A DNA stretch of 63,173 nt, counting the filler, from Octopus bimaculoides (taxonomy: Eukaryota), in the NCBI RefSeq assembly GCF_001194135.2. It is 4 parts of 4 records of this genome, joined end to end, with 100 filler letters (N's around TTAATTAATTAA, not from the genome) between each part and the next. Parts side by side here need not be neighbours in the genome. Positions count along the whole stretch, not along the records: positions 1 to 26,495 come from NC_068999.1; 3 more parts are not named here. One strand, written 5' to 3'. Of the stretch, positions 1-24,427 are shown in pieces. The translations under genes were made by a program, and so were the position numbers. Position 1 is the first letter of the stretch. Every line of letters starts with the position of its first letter. Under the pieces are notes generated by a model that saw nothing but the letters and a program-made list of their open reading frames with translations, was not told where the DNA came from and made no database searches.

Positions 1-618
1 ATATATTGCCTAAGTTCTTGTTTTGCAGGCCACTGGCACGTGTGTCGTCTCCTAATTTGGTCGGTCAAAGTTGTGATGTCGCTTTGGTGTAGCGGTTATA
101 GCAGCTATACAGTTTAGAGACGTCATGACGTTAGATTCCTGTAGTTGTTGCTGTAACTTTTGTCTTCTTCTCTTTCCTTGAATTCGAGTTCTCGTAGATC
201 TGAGCATATTTAGTGGAATTTGGTCTAAGGTAGTTTTATCCCTTATTTTATATCGCGCATTGATATTGTGTGACTGTTGTCCACAGGGATTCTAATTTGG
301 GTAAGGGTGATATTTGTTTAAAGCTTTTGTAGTATATGGAAGTTTTATTGCACACACACATACGAATATACGTATATATACATGTATGATCACTTCATCT
401 TCACAGATGATATTCTCGGGATTCTTTCAGTTTCCATCTATCAAATCCACTCACGCGGATTTAGTGAGCCCGAGGCTAAAGTAGAAGACACTTACCCAAA
501 GTGTCACACAGTGGGACTGCACTCGGAACCACGTGGTTGAGAAACAAGCTTCTTACCATGCACACGCGCGCGCGTATACAATGCGCAGGCGTAGACGAGT
601 TGAACTGGTGTAAACAGG

Positions 619-715
619 ATGTTCTGTTGGTCTATTCAGCTAGTATTATTCATTTGCATTAATTTTTTGTCAGCAACCAGCCATGATGATCGAACTCACA
701 CTCCTCTAATACCCG
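619..715 (+). CDS. SVWC-like gene coding exon 1 (97 bp): signal peptide plus HDDRTHTPLIP
   Basis: ATG at 619, open frame to G|gttaga, phase 1 matches the next exon (G+CT = Ala). Confidence 0.72.
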
Positions 716-1028
716 GTTAGAGTGCTCTACCTTTAAGTTAAACTGCCGACCAACAAATTTTTCTACTCTAAGAGGATTTTATCCTATATATATATATATA
801 TATATANNNNNNNNNNNNNNNNNNNNNNNNNNNNNNNNNNNNNNNNNNNNNNNNNNNNNNNNNNNNNNNNNNNNNNNNNNNNNNNNNNNNNNNNNNNNNN
901 NNNNNNACACAACTTTCATTGCACATCTGTTGCAATATTAAGCACAATGTAAACTTCCCACCGCTCGTTTTGCGGTCGATACCTACTTCGGTGCGTCGGT
1001 ACTGCGTAAATACACACAAACACAAACT

Positions 1029-1066
<38 letters not shown>

Positions 1067-1078
1067 TACATGCATACA

Positions 1079-1113
<35 letters not shown>

Positions 1114-3353
1114 CGTGGCACTCTGTCGGTTACGACGCCGAGGGTCCCAGTTGATCCGATCAACGGAACAGCCTGCTCGTGAGATTAACATGCAAATGGC
1201 TGAGTACTCCACAGACCCGTGTGCCCTTAACGTTGTTCTCGGGGAGATTCAGCGTGATACAGAGTATGACAAGGCTGGCCCCTTTGAAATGCAGGTACAA
1301 CAGAAACAGGAAGTAAGAGTGAGAGAAAGTTGTGGTGAAAGAGTACAGCAGGGTTCGCCACCCCACCCCCACCCCCCTGCAGGAGCCTCGTGGAGCTTTT
1401 TACAACGTCTGGACTGGGAATCGAAAGAAACAAGGAGAGACAAAAAAAGGAGAGAGAAAAAGGAGAGAAANNNNNNNNNNNNNNNNNNNNNNNNNNNNNN
1501 NNNNNNNNNNNNNNNNNNNNNNNNNNNNNNNNNNNNNNNNNNNNNNNNNNNNNNNNNNNNNNNNNNNNNNNNNNNNNNNNNNNNNNNNNNNNNNNNNNNN
1601 NNNNNNNNNNNNNNNNNNNNNNNNNNNNNNNNNNNNNNNNNNNNNNNNNNNNNNNNNNNNNNNNNNNNNNNNNNNNNNNNNNNNNNNNNNNNNNNNNNNN
1701 NNNNNNNNNNNNNNNNNNNNNNNNNNNNNNNNNNNNNNNNNNNNNNNNNNNNNNNNNNNNNNNNNNNNNNNNNNNNNNNNNNNNNNNNNNNNNNNNNNNN
1801 NNNNNNNNNNNNNNNNNNNNNNNNNNNNNNNNNNNNNNNNNNNNNNNNNNNNNNNNNNNNNNNNNNNNNNNNNNNNNNNNNNNNNNNNNNNNNNNNNNNN
1901 NNNNNNNNNNNNNNNNNNNNNNNNNNNNNNNNNNNNNNNNNNNNNNNNNNNNNNNNNNNNNNNNNNNNNNNNNNNNNNNNNNNNNNNNNNNNNNNNNNNN
2001 NNNNNNNNNNNNNNNNNNNNNNNNNNNNNNNNNNNNNNNNNNNNNNNNNNNNNNNNNNNNNNNNNNNNNNNNNNNNNNNNNNNNNNNNNNNNNNNNNNNN
2101 NNNNNNNNNNNNNNNNNNNNNNNNNNNNNNNNNNNNNNNNNNNNNNNNNNNNNNNNNNNNNNNNNNNNNNNNNNNNNNNNNNNNNNNNNNNNNNNNNNNN
2201 NNNNNNNNATATATATATATATATATATACGTTTGTAAGTCTGTGTTGCAAGATTCCTGCTGTGAAAGTGTGTGTTGAAACAGATATTGTTATATCTTGG
2301 AATGTTCAGTTATTTTTTTTTTTATTTTTTGCTAATCCATTCTCCAGGAAGACACACGTGGACGGAAACTGTCGCTGAAGAGGTCACAGATGTGTGACGA
2401 AAGATTTCCGGACAATGGACATAAAATAAAATAAGAACAATAATAAACGAGTGAAGAGCGAATAAGTAGTGCGTGTGTTCATTTGGCAAGAAAAAAAAAT
2501 GACCATCCCGAAATATCATATATATATATATACGTAATATAACCATATGGCTTTCATTAAAAGCAGATGTTACAGTTACATCGATAGAACAATGTGATGG
2601 GAAACAATAAGACTTTTCGATAAATCAATATATAATATCTATTGACAATTTTAATATCCTAAAAAAAGAAAATAAACAGTGACACTAAAAACACTCACTT
2701 GCTCACACACAAAACAAACACAAAACAAACACACACAAAACAAACACACACAAAACAAACACACACACGCACACACATACGCACGAACACGCACTCACAT
2801 TGCTAACAGTAAGTATATATGTGAGGTCTCTGCCAAAGTTTTTCATAAACTCTTTGAAAGCACATCAGAATCAAACTCAGTGAACGAGCCTGTATTTCTG
2901 AACNNNNNNNNNNNNNNNNNNNNNNNNNNNNNNNNNNNNNNNNNNNNNNNNNNNNNNNNNNNNNNNNATTATTATTATTTTGTGTTTGACTTTTGTTTTG
3001 CATTTGTACAAGTTGGATCCAAGTCTCACCCAGAGACCTCAAGAGACAACAAGTTAGAAGTTCATGTAGGTGTTATGCCTAGGGTACCATATATTTGGAT
3101 TTGCACATAGTGTTGTTCTAGAGAATGTTTAAGAAACCATAAGAAAATTATGTGTTTGTTTTAAAATTTGAGATCACATAGACAGTATTTTACGTAGGAT
3201 ATAGGCAGTTCCCATGAGCACTATCTTTTGAACTTCAGCCATTTTGGGGTTTCCTGGTATCTGAGCTAGGTAGTAATCAGCCCGTTTCGCTGTCATGTTT
3301 CCTGGTATCTGAGCTAGGTAGTAATCAGCCCGTTTCGCTGTCATCTATTATTA

Positions 3354-3403
<50 letters not shown>

Positions 3404-3737
3404 GTGTAAGAGAGCAGTGCATGCCATCAAAGTGACATTGGGGTACAAATATACGAAGCCCATTATACCCATCATGACTNNNNNNNNNNNNACCAGGCAC
3501 GTGCATCACAACCATATGTGCGCGACATGGTGATCTCATATCAAGATAAACAGCGCATGACCTTGCAGGTGGGGCCCACTCAGAATTTTCTTCAGGTCGA
3601 GTAGCCCATCCCGCTCAAAAGGTCCCTGAATAAGGTTTGTTTAAAGATGTTGAGCAAAACACACATGTTTCCAAAGATGAATTATTCAAAGCCCAAAGAA
3701 TTCCTCTCAACACATGGCTATGATGCTCCCCCACTAC

Positions 3738-3811
<74 letters not shown>

Positions 3812-3904
3812 TAGTTTTATCTTTATAACGTGCTTTCATTTCACTACCGAGCGCAGCTCTATGTGCCTTGGGTATGTGCTGGGTATTATTATTATTATTA
3901 TTAC

Positions 3905-3970
<66 letters not shown>

Positions 3971-4248
3971 CATCACAAAAATAAAAGAGTGCCATTGTTA
4001 TGAAGTGAATGATATTTCGACATCTCGTGTATCTTCCACAGGTTCAAAAAAATAAACTTGTCAATCTACTTCATTTTAGAGAAGTTGCCTCAGTCCTATA
4101 GATATTAACCAAAATGAAGTAGATTGACAAGTTTATTTTTTGGAACCTGTGGAAGATACAGGAGATGTCGAAATATCGTTCCCTTGATAACAATGGCACT
4201 CTTCTATTTTTGCTGCTATCATTATTATCGTCATCATCATTATCATCA

Positions 4249-4296
<48 letters not shown>

Positions 4297-7200
4297 TAAT
4301 GTCACGACCTTCACTGTTAGTGGATGATTGGAACGTCGTCTTTGAGCTACGTTTGGACTGTGTGGAGTTAGCTAATGGAACAGTGGGTGGGAAAAGCCTC
4401 GTAAACCTGCTCAAACATTTCCAACTGTCTGTCAGGTATCGACTGGACTTCCCAGATGTGTCAATGTGGACTTGGACGAATCGCATCGGGTCATCCAGGT
4501 CGTATCTAGACAAGGTATTTTGTAGGCCAGTAGATAAGGATAGCATAAGGCGTCCATTTTTCAAACTCGTCAGCTAGAGAGAGCACAAATTTGTTGTTTT
4601 TAAAGGTCAACCTAAATAGGCATAGGAGGCAGGGACCCGGTTACTAGAAGCTGAACGCGTCAGTCCCAGCGTGCCAAGCTTACAGAGATCGGATTAAAGA
4701 ATTCGTTAAACGAGCGTCGGTGGCGGCAATCGTCAACAGCAAATGGTGATATGGCCTAAAAGAAAAAGTAATTAGAGTAGAATCAGTTAGGTTTAGTAAG
4801 GTATTAGTGACAGAAAGAAATAAAATAGAAGGGAACTTGGAAACTTAGAAGAGACGCTTAGGACAGGCATTGCAACCGACGTGCTGGCGGCGAGATTGGC
4901 CCTCCAATAATTCTTCAACGCTAAACCTGAAGGTTGCATTGTCGGAACTAAGGCGAGTGCTCTAAGGCAAGAGGGAACGAAAACCGCTCGATGCGCGCGA
5001 GTGGCAGAGGCATAACATAGCAACAAAACCACAATTCGGTCTTTGGTGGACTAAAATGGACGTACGGTAGTCGAGTTCAAATTTACAGAAAACAAAAGAC
5101 GAAAACAGGTGTAGGGACAACGAACAGGTGCATTAGTTTAACGCTCAGGAAGAATGATATAAACCATAAAAGAGAGGAAGTATGAGAGATGAATCTATTT
5201 ATTCAACCACTTGTCATCCTTAGGATTACGGCCGTTTCGCTGCCTTATTCATCTAATAATAATTTCAGTGTGGAATAAAATTGTTTACTTGCCAGCATTA
5301 ATATAAGCATGCTATGCATCATATGATGCAATTGTGTATCTCAGAAGGTCATGGTTACACCGACGATTCAACTCTAAGCATACATGCAAAATGTATGCAT
5401 ATATGTATGTATGTCAGCATTCAGTTTTATATCAAGATAATTTGTCAATTGAGAAAGAGCCGGTTTCTAACCTAGATCCAAGGCTCCTTCATTGGAATTT
5501 AAACAACATCAACAGGATATTTTTGCATGTGTGTATATACGTATGTATGTATATGTGTGTATTTGTATCTTCTGTTTTATGTATGTTTTCTCATACATAA
5601 ACTTGCAAATCTGCTGGTGCTCATATATACTTAACTGATAAGCTTCTGGAAAGATTTTTACAGTTCCAGTGATGGCTTAGATCAGTAGTCTTCGAATTAG
5701 CTTTCTCCTTTCTGGTTTAAATGTATGTAAATATGTAAATATATTTATTAATTATATATACTTCTATTATAGCTTGCCCAGACGACGTTGAAATCAATGA
5801 CGTATATTATCCGGAGGAAGGGTGTATGGTGTGCAACTGTACAGGAGGACTTGACTTTTCAACTATGCCGCCAAATGTCATAAAAGTTGGACCGTGTTAC
5901 TCGTAAGTAGCATTGAAACTCTACACAAACAACAAGCTATCATAAGTACACACGCATTCTATCATTTACATACAACGATGTCATGTGCAAACTGAGGCCC
6001 GCGGGACATTCTGAACGGCACACCAAGCTAAGAATAACCTTGAACTCTTTAGTAGTTTTGCCTGCCTGATGATGGGCCATGTGCCATGCGGCCCGATTCT
6101 CGGATAGTTTGTCTATGTCTGGTCTAGAAGGTCAAATGATCTGCTAGACATACCAGCCAAATCTCCTGAAACTTAACCTTAAAATCACATCGTAGTAAAA
6201 AGGAGTGACACGTTGGATAATGTAGTTTTAAATATAAGAATAGGCAGGATGGTCTCAACTAGAACGCCTTTAGCCGCACGTATTCTCCATCAAGGATTTT
6301 TGGCGAATAAATATAATCTAAAGCAACAATCTCTTTCTCTCTCTCACACACACACACGCGCATACACACACGCACATGGACAAATACATAAACACGAGGC
6401 AAAGAGAGAGCCTATATGTGCTCGCTTACCTTGCTAGAAATACTAAGTAAATCAGCCTCACTCCTCAACAAACTGGCCTATAAAAAGGGGCTACCTTGCA
6501 TCTCCTTGATCAAGTATTTCTACTACATCACCTTCCTCAAGCATTTCTACTATAGTCTCGACTTCATCAATACCTCGTGAGTGGATTTAGTAGGTGGAAA
6601 CTGTGTGGAATCCCTTCGTGTTTATGAGTCTTTCTCTGTCTATTTATCTATCTTTCTGTCTTACTACATATTTGTGTGTGTGCGCACATATGTATTTATG
6701 GGAGTATGTGGACATGTGTGCCAGTGGGGTGGGGGAAGGAAGCAGGTGGAAGGGGGGTCCTACTGGATTAATTAGTCCCAGATACACATAGTTTGAGGGG
6801 GGGAAATGGTCACAGCTGGTTTCTTTTTCATCAGAAACCTGCTGGTCAGATATAAACCTGCGCTAGGTTTAAATAACGACGACAAAAACAACAACAGTAA
6901 CAATAACAGCACAAACACCACCTTCAACAACAACAACACCAACAGTAGGAAGAACAAGAACAACAACAAATGCAGCCCCGGCAATATATTTCGCAGACAA
7001 CTAAATTTGATGTTCCTTAGTTATGGCATGGTGGAGGCGCAATGGCCCAGTGGTTAGGGCAGCGGACTCGCGATTTCGATTCCCAGACCGGGCGTTGTGA
7101 GTGTTTATTGAGCGAAAACACCTAAAGCCCCACGAGGCTCCGGCAGGGGATGGTGGCAAACCCTGCTGTACTCTTTCACCACAACTTTCTCTCACTTCCT

Positions 7201-7536
7201 GTTTCTGTTGAGCCCGTAATTCAAAGGGTCAGCCTTGTCACACACTGAATATCCCCGAGAACTACGTTAAGGGTACACGTGTCTGTGGAGAGCTCAGCCT
7301 CTTGCACGTTAATTTCATGACCAGGCTGTTCCGTTGATCGGAAGCGACGGAGGGCCAACAACAACAGTTATGGCATGTTTCTAATACAGCCAAATCGTTT
7401 CTTTCGTTTCAATATTTCTATCTTATTCCTTTACTATAGGTGCGGTGCAGTATATATTGAGAACTGCTCCGAAACGGAGCAAGTCAACCCCGATGCAAAC
7501 TACCCGGGTTGTTGTGAGAGAAGGTGTAAAACTTAG
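619..7536 (+). CDS. Secreted single von Willebrand factor type C (SVWC/VWC-like) domain protein, 107 aa, 3 coding exons
   Basis: Spliced product MFCWSIQLVLFICINFLSATSHDDRTHTPLIPACPDDVEINDVYYPEEGCMVCNCTGGLDFSTMPPNVIKVGPCYSCGAVYIENCSETEQVNPDANYPGCCERRCKT*. Hydrophobic N-terminus, 10 Cys after the leader including CxxCxC and YPxCC..C, compatible phases (1, 2), tandem TAG-TAA stops, AATAAA downstream. Confidence 0.85.
2370..2414 (+). ncRNA. Minimal type I hammerhead ribozyme (Penelope-associated, dimer-type)
   Basis: TGTCG-CTGAAGA-G-GTCACA(GATG)TGTGAC-GAAA-GATT-TC-CGGACA: intact CUGANGA and GAAA core, 6-bp stem II, self-complementary AGAUUU stem III, UUC cleavage triplet, stem I with one bulge. 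Confidence 0.7.
3250..3344. repeat. 48-bp direct tandem duplication
   Basis: tttcctggtatctgagctaggtagtaatcagcccgtttcgctgtcat at 3250 and 3298. Confidence 0.9.
3404..3737 (-). mobile_element. Interspersed ~330-bp non-coding repeat flanked by (TAA)n; probable non-LTR 3' end or non-autonomous element
   Basis: A second, shorter copy at about 11380-11577 also abuts (TTA)n (gagagc.gcgcatgccatcaaagtgaca...ttcttcaggtcg). Confidence 0.6.
3808..3885 (-). mobile_element. 5'-truncated 3' tail of an R4/Dong-like LINE within (TAA)n
   Basis: Reverse complement of the 3' UTR at 26830-26906. Confidence 0.75.
3976..4212. mobile_element. Palindromic MITE-like foldback element (102-bp arms, 33-bp spacer)
   Basis: 3976-4077 is the reverse complement of 4111-4212 with about 6 mismatches by eye. 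Confidence 0.75.
4298..5100 (+). mobile_element. Decayed Tx1/L1-clade LINE ORF2 fragment (APE endonuclease and downstream region)
   Basis: LLVDDWN (GDFN-like), SYLDKVF (SRLDRI-like), GY.KLNAS (WKLNxS-like); stops and frameshifts. Confidence 0.7.
5773..5902 (+). CDS. SVWC-like gene coding exon 2 (130 bp): CPDDVEINDVYYPEEGCMVCNCTGGLDFSTMPPNVIKVGPCY
   Basis: Acceptor cttctattatag, donor gtaagt, CxxCxC. Confidence 0.87.
7036..7367 (+). mobile_element. tRNA-head SINE (family C); reverse copies at about 1110-1430, 17500-17670, 23265-23620
   Basis: A-box-like tggcccagtggtt, degenerate B box gatttcgattccc, CAA tail, several copies. Confidence 0.75.
7440..7536 (+). CDS. SVWC-like gene coding exon 3 (97 bp): CGAVYIENCSETEQVNPDANYPGCCERRCKT*
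   Basis: Acceptor tcctttactatag, phase 2 matches exon 2 (TC+G = Ser), YPxCC motif. Confidence 0.87.
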
Positions 7537-7601
7537 TAAGCCCAGAACGGATTTCTTTATTTTGTTGAGAAGAGTCTATAGTTGTGCTTTAGATTCGTTA
7601 A

Positions 7602-7624
7602 AATAAATTCTCTGAATGAATAAA
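7602..7624 (+). promoter_or_regulatory. Tandem polyadenylation signals of the SVWC-like gene
   Basis: AATAAA at 7602-7607 and 7619-7624, followed by T/GT-rich sequence. Confidence 0.6.
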
Positions 7625-7900
7625 TTGAATTAATTATGATAATGATTTTGAAATTTTGTTGTTATTAAGATTACAATTTTGCGAAGCATTCATTTCATCT
7701 TAAGATTGTGTCGCATCTTTATCGTGTTTATATGTAGACTTCGTGTTTCTTTTAATTACGAAACCCATCTTGTGGTTTTGATATATGTTGTATTGTCTCA
7801 GACTGGAATTGAAACCAACCTTGGACCATGAAGGTATTCAAAAATACGATACCAAATAAAGATTAGGATGAAAGAACTCTCTGTGTGCGTGTATACGTAC

Positions 7901-7978
<78 letters not shown>

Positions 7979-7980
<2 letters not shown>

Positions 7981-8123
7981 AAGGGCATCCAGCTGTAGAA
8001 ACTCTGCCAAATCAGACTGGAGCCTGGTGTTGCCATCCGGTTTCACCAGTCCTCAGTCAAATCGTCCAACCCATGCTAGCATGGAAAGCGGACGTTAAAC
8101 GATGATGATGATGATGATGATGA
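7979..8123 (-). mobile_element. Interspersed SINE-type repeat (family A); copies at about 8610-8760, 9810-9930, 13780-13925, 15800-15900, 16700-16840, 16970-17150, 20085-20230, 20575-20660, 26110-26480, 62160-62250
   Basis: tttaacgtccgctttccatgctagcatgggttggacg...gtttctacagctggatgcccttcc recurs in both orientations. Confidence 0.8.
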
Positions 8124-9035
8124 TATATATATATATACAGAAGAACGTTGGTGCGTAATTTTTATTTGTTGCCAATTGTAGCTGCGCCTGAAAAATTATA
8201 ACGTATATAGATGGGACATGTGTCTTCAGTGCCCCACAAGTATACATTAATTATAGCCATCACGATTTCGCTTGTCCCAACAGATCTTCGCAAGCCGAGT
8301 TTCGTGTCCAATGAAGGAGACGACGTTGGCATGGGTGCCAGTCGTCGAATTTAGTTACACACACCGGAGCTTCTTTCTGTTTCCGTCCACCAAATCCACT
8401 CACAAGGTTTTGGTCGACTCAAGGTTATAAAATACACTTGCCCAAGGTGCCACACCGTGGGACTGAACCTGGCACCATGTGGTTGGGAAGCAAATTTCTT
8501 TCCACACAGCCACACCTCAAAACTAGTATAGACTATATATGGATAAATAAATACATTTCTATATATGTATGAATATTTATATGTAAAAGTTTAATTCATA
8601 ACTATCATCATTTAACGCCCGCCTTCCATGCTGGCATGGGTTGGACAGGAGCCTGCCAGGGAGAAGACCACACCCAGCTTGTGTGTCTCTTTTGGCATGG
8701 TTTTTACAGCTGGATGCAGTTCCTAATACCAACCACACTGCAGTGTGGAGCGAGTGCTTTTTGATATGGCACCAGCACAGGTGAGGTCAGTTCTAATAGC
8801 TGGATGCCCTTCCAAATGCCAACCACTTAACATGTGGATTCGATGCATTTTTTTTTTTTTGTATAGAACCAGCACTACTTTGAGTGTACATGTTATTGCA
8901 TGTGCTTACAAAGATGCGACAAATTCGCTGGATGCCCTTCCTCTCACCAACCCATGCCCGTTTCCAAGTAAGGTAATATTTCACCATGATCAAACATCCT
9001 TTTCGCAGAAGAAATAACTAACGTTATGAAGCAAC

Positions 9036-9372
9036 AGGCATGGCTGTGTGCTAAGAAGCTTGCTTCTCAACCACATGGTTCTGGGTTCAGTCCCACTACA
9101 TGGCACCTTGGGCAACCAAAGTCTTGAGTGGATTTGGTAGACAGAAACTGAAAGAAGCCCATTTTGTGTGTGTGTGTTCCACTTGACAATCAATGCCAGT
9201 GTTTTTATGTCCCTCTTAACTTAGCGGTTTGGCAAAAGAGTGATAGAGTAAGTGATAGAGTAAGTTTGCAACGAATAAGTCTTGGGGGTTGATTTCTTTG
9301 ACCAAAACTCTTTAAGGCGATGCTCCAGCAAGGCCCCAGTCAAAGGGCTGGAACAAGTAAAAGAATAAAAGA
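9036..9372 (+). mobile_element. tRNA-head SINE (family B); other copies at about 420-560(-), 8370-8520(-), 13230-13395(-), 19060-19560(+), 19590-19680(-), 21037-21200(+), 43100-43510(-), 53510-53870(-)
   Basis: tggctgtgtggtaagaagcttgc...ggttcagtcccactg...gccttgtgagtggatttggtagacggaaactgaaagaagccc repeated. Confidence 0.8.
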
Positions 9373-10364
9373 ACATACAAAATTGCTTATATGACAAGCG
9401 TCCCATGATCTGAACACAAGGGAACACACAAACAGACTGAGAGAACACTCTCGATGTATATGCCTATGTCAACGGAATTCACAAGGCTTTGGTCAGGCCT
9501 GGGGATAACGTTGAGGTCACTTGGCCAAGGTGCCATGCAGTGAGACTGAACTCAGAACTATATGGTTAGGAAGCAAACTTTTCAAACTTCTGCAGATATT
9601 GGACAAATTCACAGTACCAAATGGGCCACTTTTGGTGAGCAGAACTGGTGATGTGAAACTGAAATAAACTTCTCCACTTGGCCATTTTAGATTCAGTCCC
9701 ATTGCACAGCACTTTGTTCAGCCAGGGGCTATGGTAGAGAGCACTTGTCCAGTGTCTTATCAGTGGATAATATTATCACGTGCATATGTGTGTGTGTGTA
9801 GTAGACATACATCATCATTTAACGTCCACTTTCCATGGGTTGGACAGTTTGACTGCAACTGGCAAGCTAGAGAGCTGCACCACATTCCAGTCTATGACTG
9901 GATGCCCTTCCTAACACCAGCCACTCCTATATTGTAATGCATCCTTTTTACATATATATACATGTGTATATAAAATATACACATGTATATAAAATATAGA
10001 TGTGTATATACATATATACACATATACATATATATGTATGCATATATGTACGTATGTACTTAAAAACATGTATACATGCTTAAATTTTTGAAGATTTTAA
10101 ATTTTTCTTGGATATTATTGCAGTTGAAAAATGAAAAACAAAATTATTTGCAGTATTTTTCAATTTTTTGTTTAAAAATTTTTTTCTATTTTTTTACATA
10201 TCTTTTATTTCTTTTTTTTCATCTAAGTGTTTGTGTGAGCGTATGCATATATAAACGTGTATGTGCATGTATGCATTTATGTATGTGTGTTTGTGTACAT
10301 GTCTTGTTTTTCCTTTTTTTTTTTTACTGTTGTTGCCAACACAAATGGTTTTTTTTAGTTTAAA

Positions 10365-10370
10365 TTTATT
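10365..10370 (-). promoter_or_regulatory. Candidate CDK8 polyadenylation signal AATAAA (3' UTR about 0.85 kb)
   Basis: tttatt on + strand; a second copy at 10204-10209. Confidence 0.45.
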
Positions 10371-10561
10371 TTTTCTAAAAGGAGGGATGTTACTCAAAAA
10401 AAAAAACATGGAATTTTTTTTATAATTTTCTTTTCTTTCATTACTTCTGGCTGCTGCTGCTGATCTTGTGATTGTGGTCAGGTTAAGGTCAATTGTATTT
10501 AATGATGATTAAAAATGAGTGATGAAGAGGATGACAATGATGGCGACTGCTGCTGTTGCTC

Positions 10562-10594
<33 letters not shown>

Positions 10595-11208
10595 TTTATA
10601 ACTGTCAACTGCCTTCTAGGTGATGCTTCTACAATAGTGTATGTGTTTTATCATTAGGTGTCTGTTGTGTTTATCCTTTTGTGTATGAAAAAAGTTCGTA
10701 AAAAATTATCTTAATTTTCCTTTTGATTCAGTTAAACTGTTTGGCGTCTGTTGTTGTTTCCTTACTACTGTTGTTATTGTTGTTGTGGTGTTTGTAATTG
10801 TTCCGCATTTTCTGTTGATATTTGTAATCTTTGGGGCATCGATGCTGAGCTATTACCATTTCCTCCAAGAAGTCACTGTCGAGCACGAAAGCAAAACGGC
10901 AACCTGACCCTAGCAGTTGTATAGGATCTCAATGGTGTATTTCTGAACGGTTACATGGCTATTTCCCCGGCAGGGTCGACTGCCAACAGCGATGGTCGGT
11001 AGAAACAGGTATTACTGGTCATCGAATCGTACCAGAAAACTAGACCCAGATGTATCGGACAGACAGACAGACAGACACAGCAAGCACGTGCGGTCAGTTC
11101 AACAATGATCTCAAAAGAAACGGGTCACTGTTGACGGCTGACATACGAAACACAGTTTCAAAAATGGGACGTGTGCACATGTCTTTCTATCTATCTGTCA
11201 ACCTGGTT

Positions 11209-24427
<13,219 letters not shown>

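Noticed and set aside
768-2378. Long ORFs with X runs (and similar ones at 39467-40094, 47573-48224, 49672-50083, 56112-56922, 57675-59368)
   Set aside because: Open only because Ns and dinucleotide repeats contain no stops
5225-5255. Minus-strand GAAACGGCCGTA palindromic stem III
   Set aside because: No CUGANGA core or stem II upstream
6066-6105. CTGATGA-T-GGGCC...GGCCC hammerhead-like motif
   Set aside because: Followed by GATT rather than GAAA; the context (caaactgaggcccgcggg...gcggccc) looks like a hAT-type MITE
7036-7110. tRNA-like sequence at SINE heads
   Set aside because: A/B boxes only, no full cloverleaf, and continues into a multi-copy SINE body
10730-10860. Short N/Q-rich frames as an alternative CDK8 last exon
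   Set aside because: No good acceptor; the exon at 11209-11319 has a strong acceptor and the right phase, so this is 3' UTR
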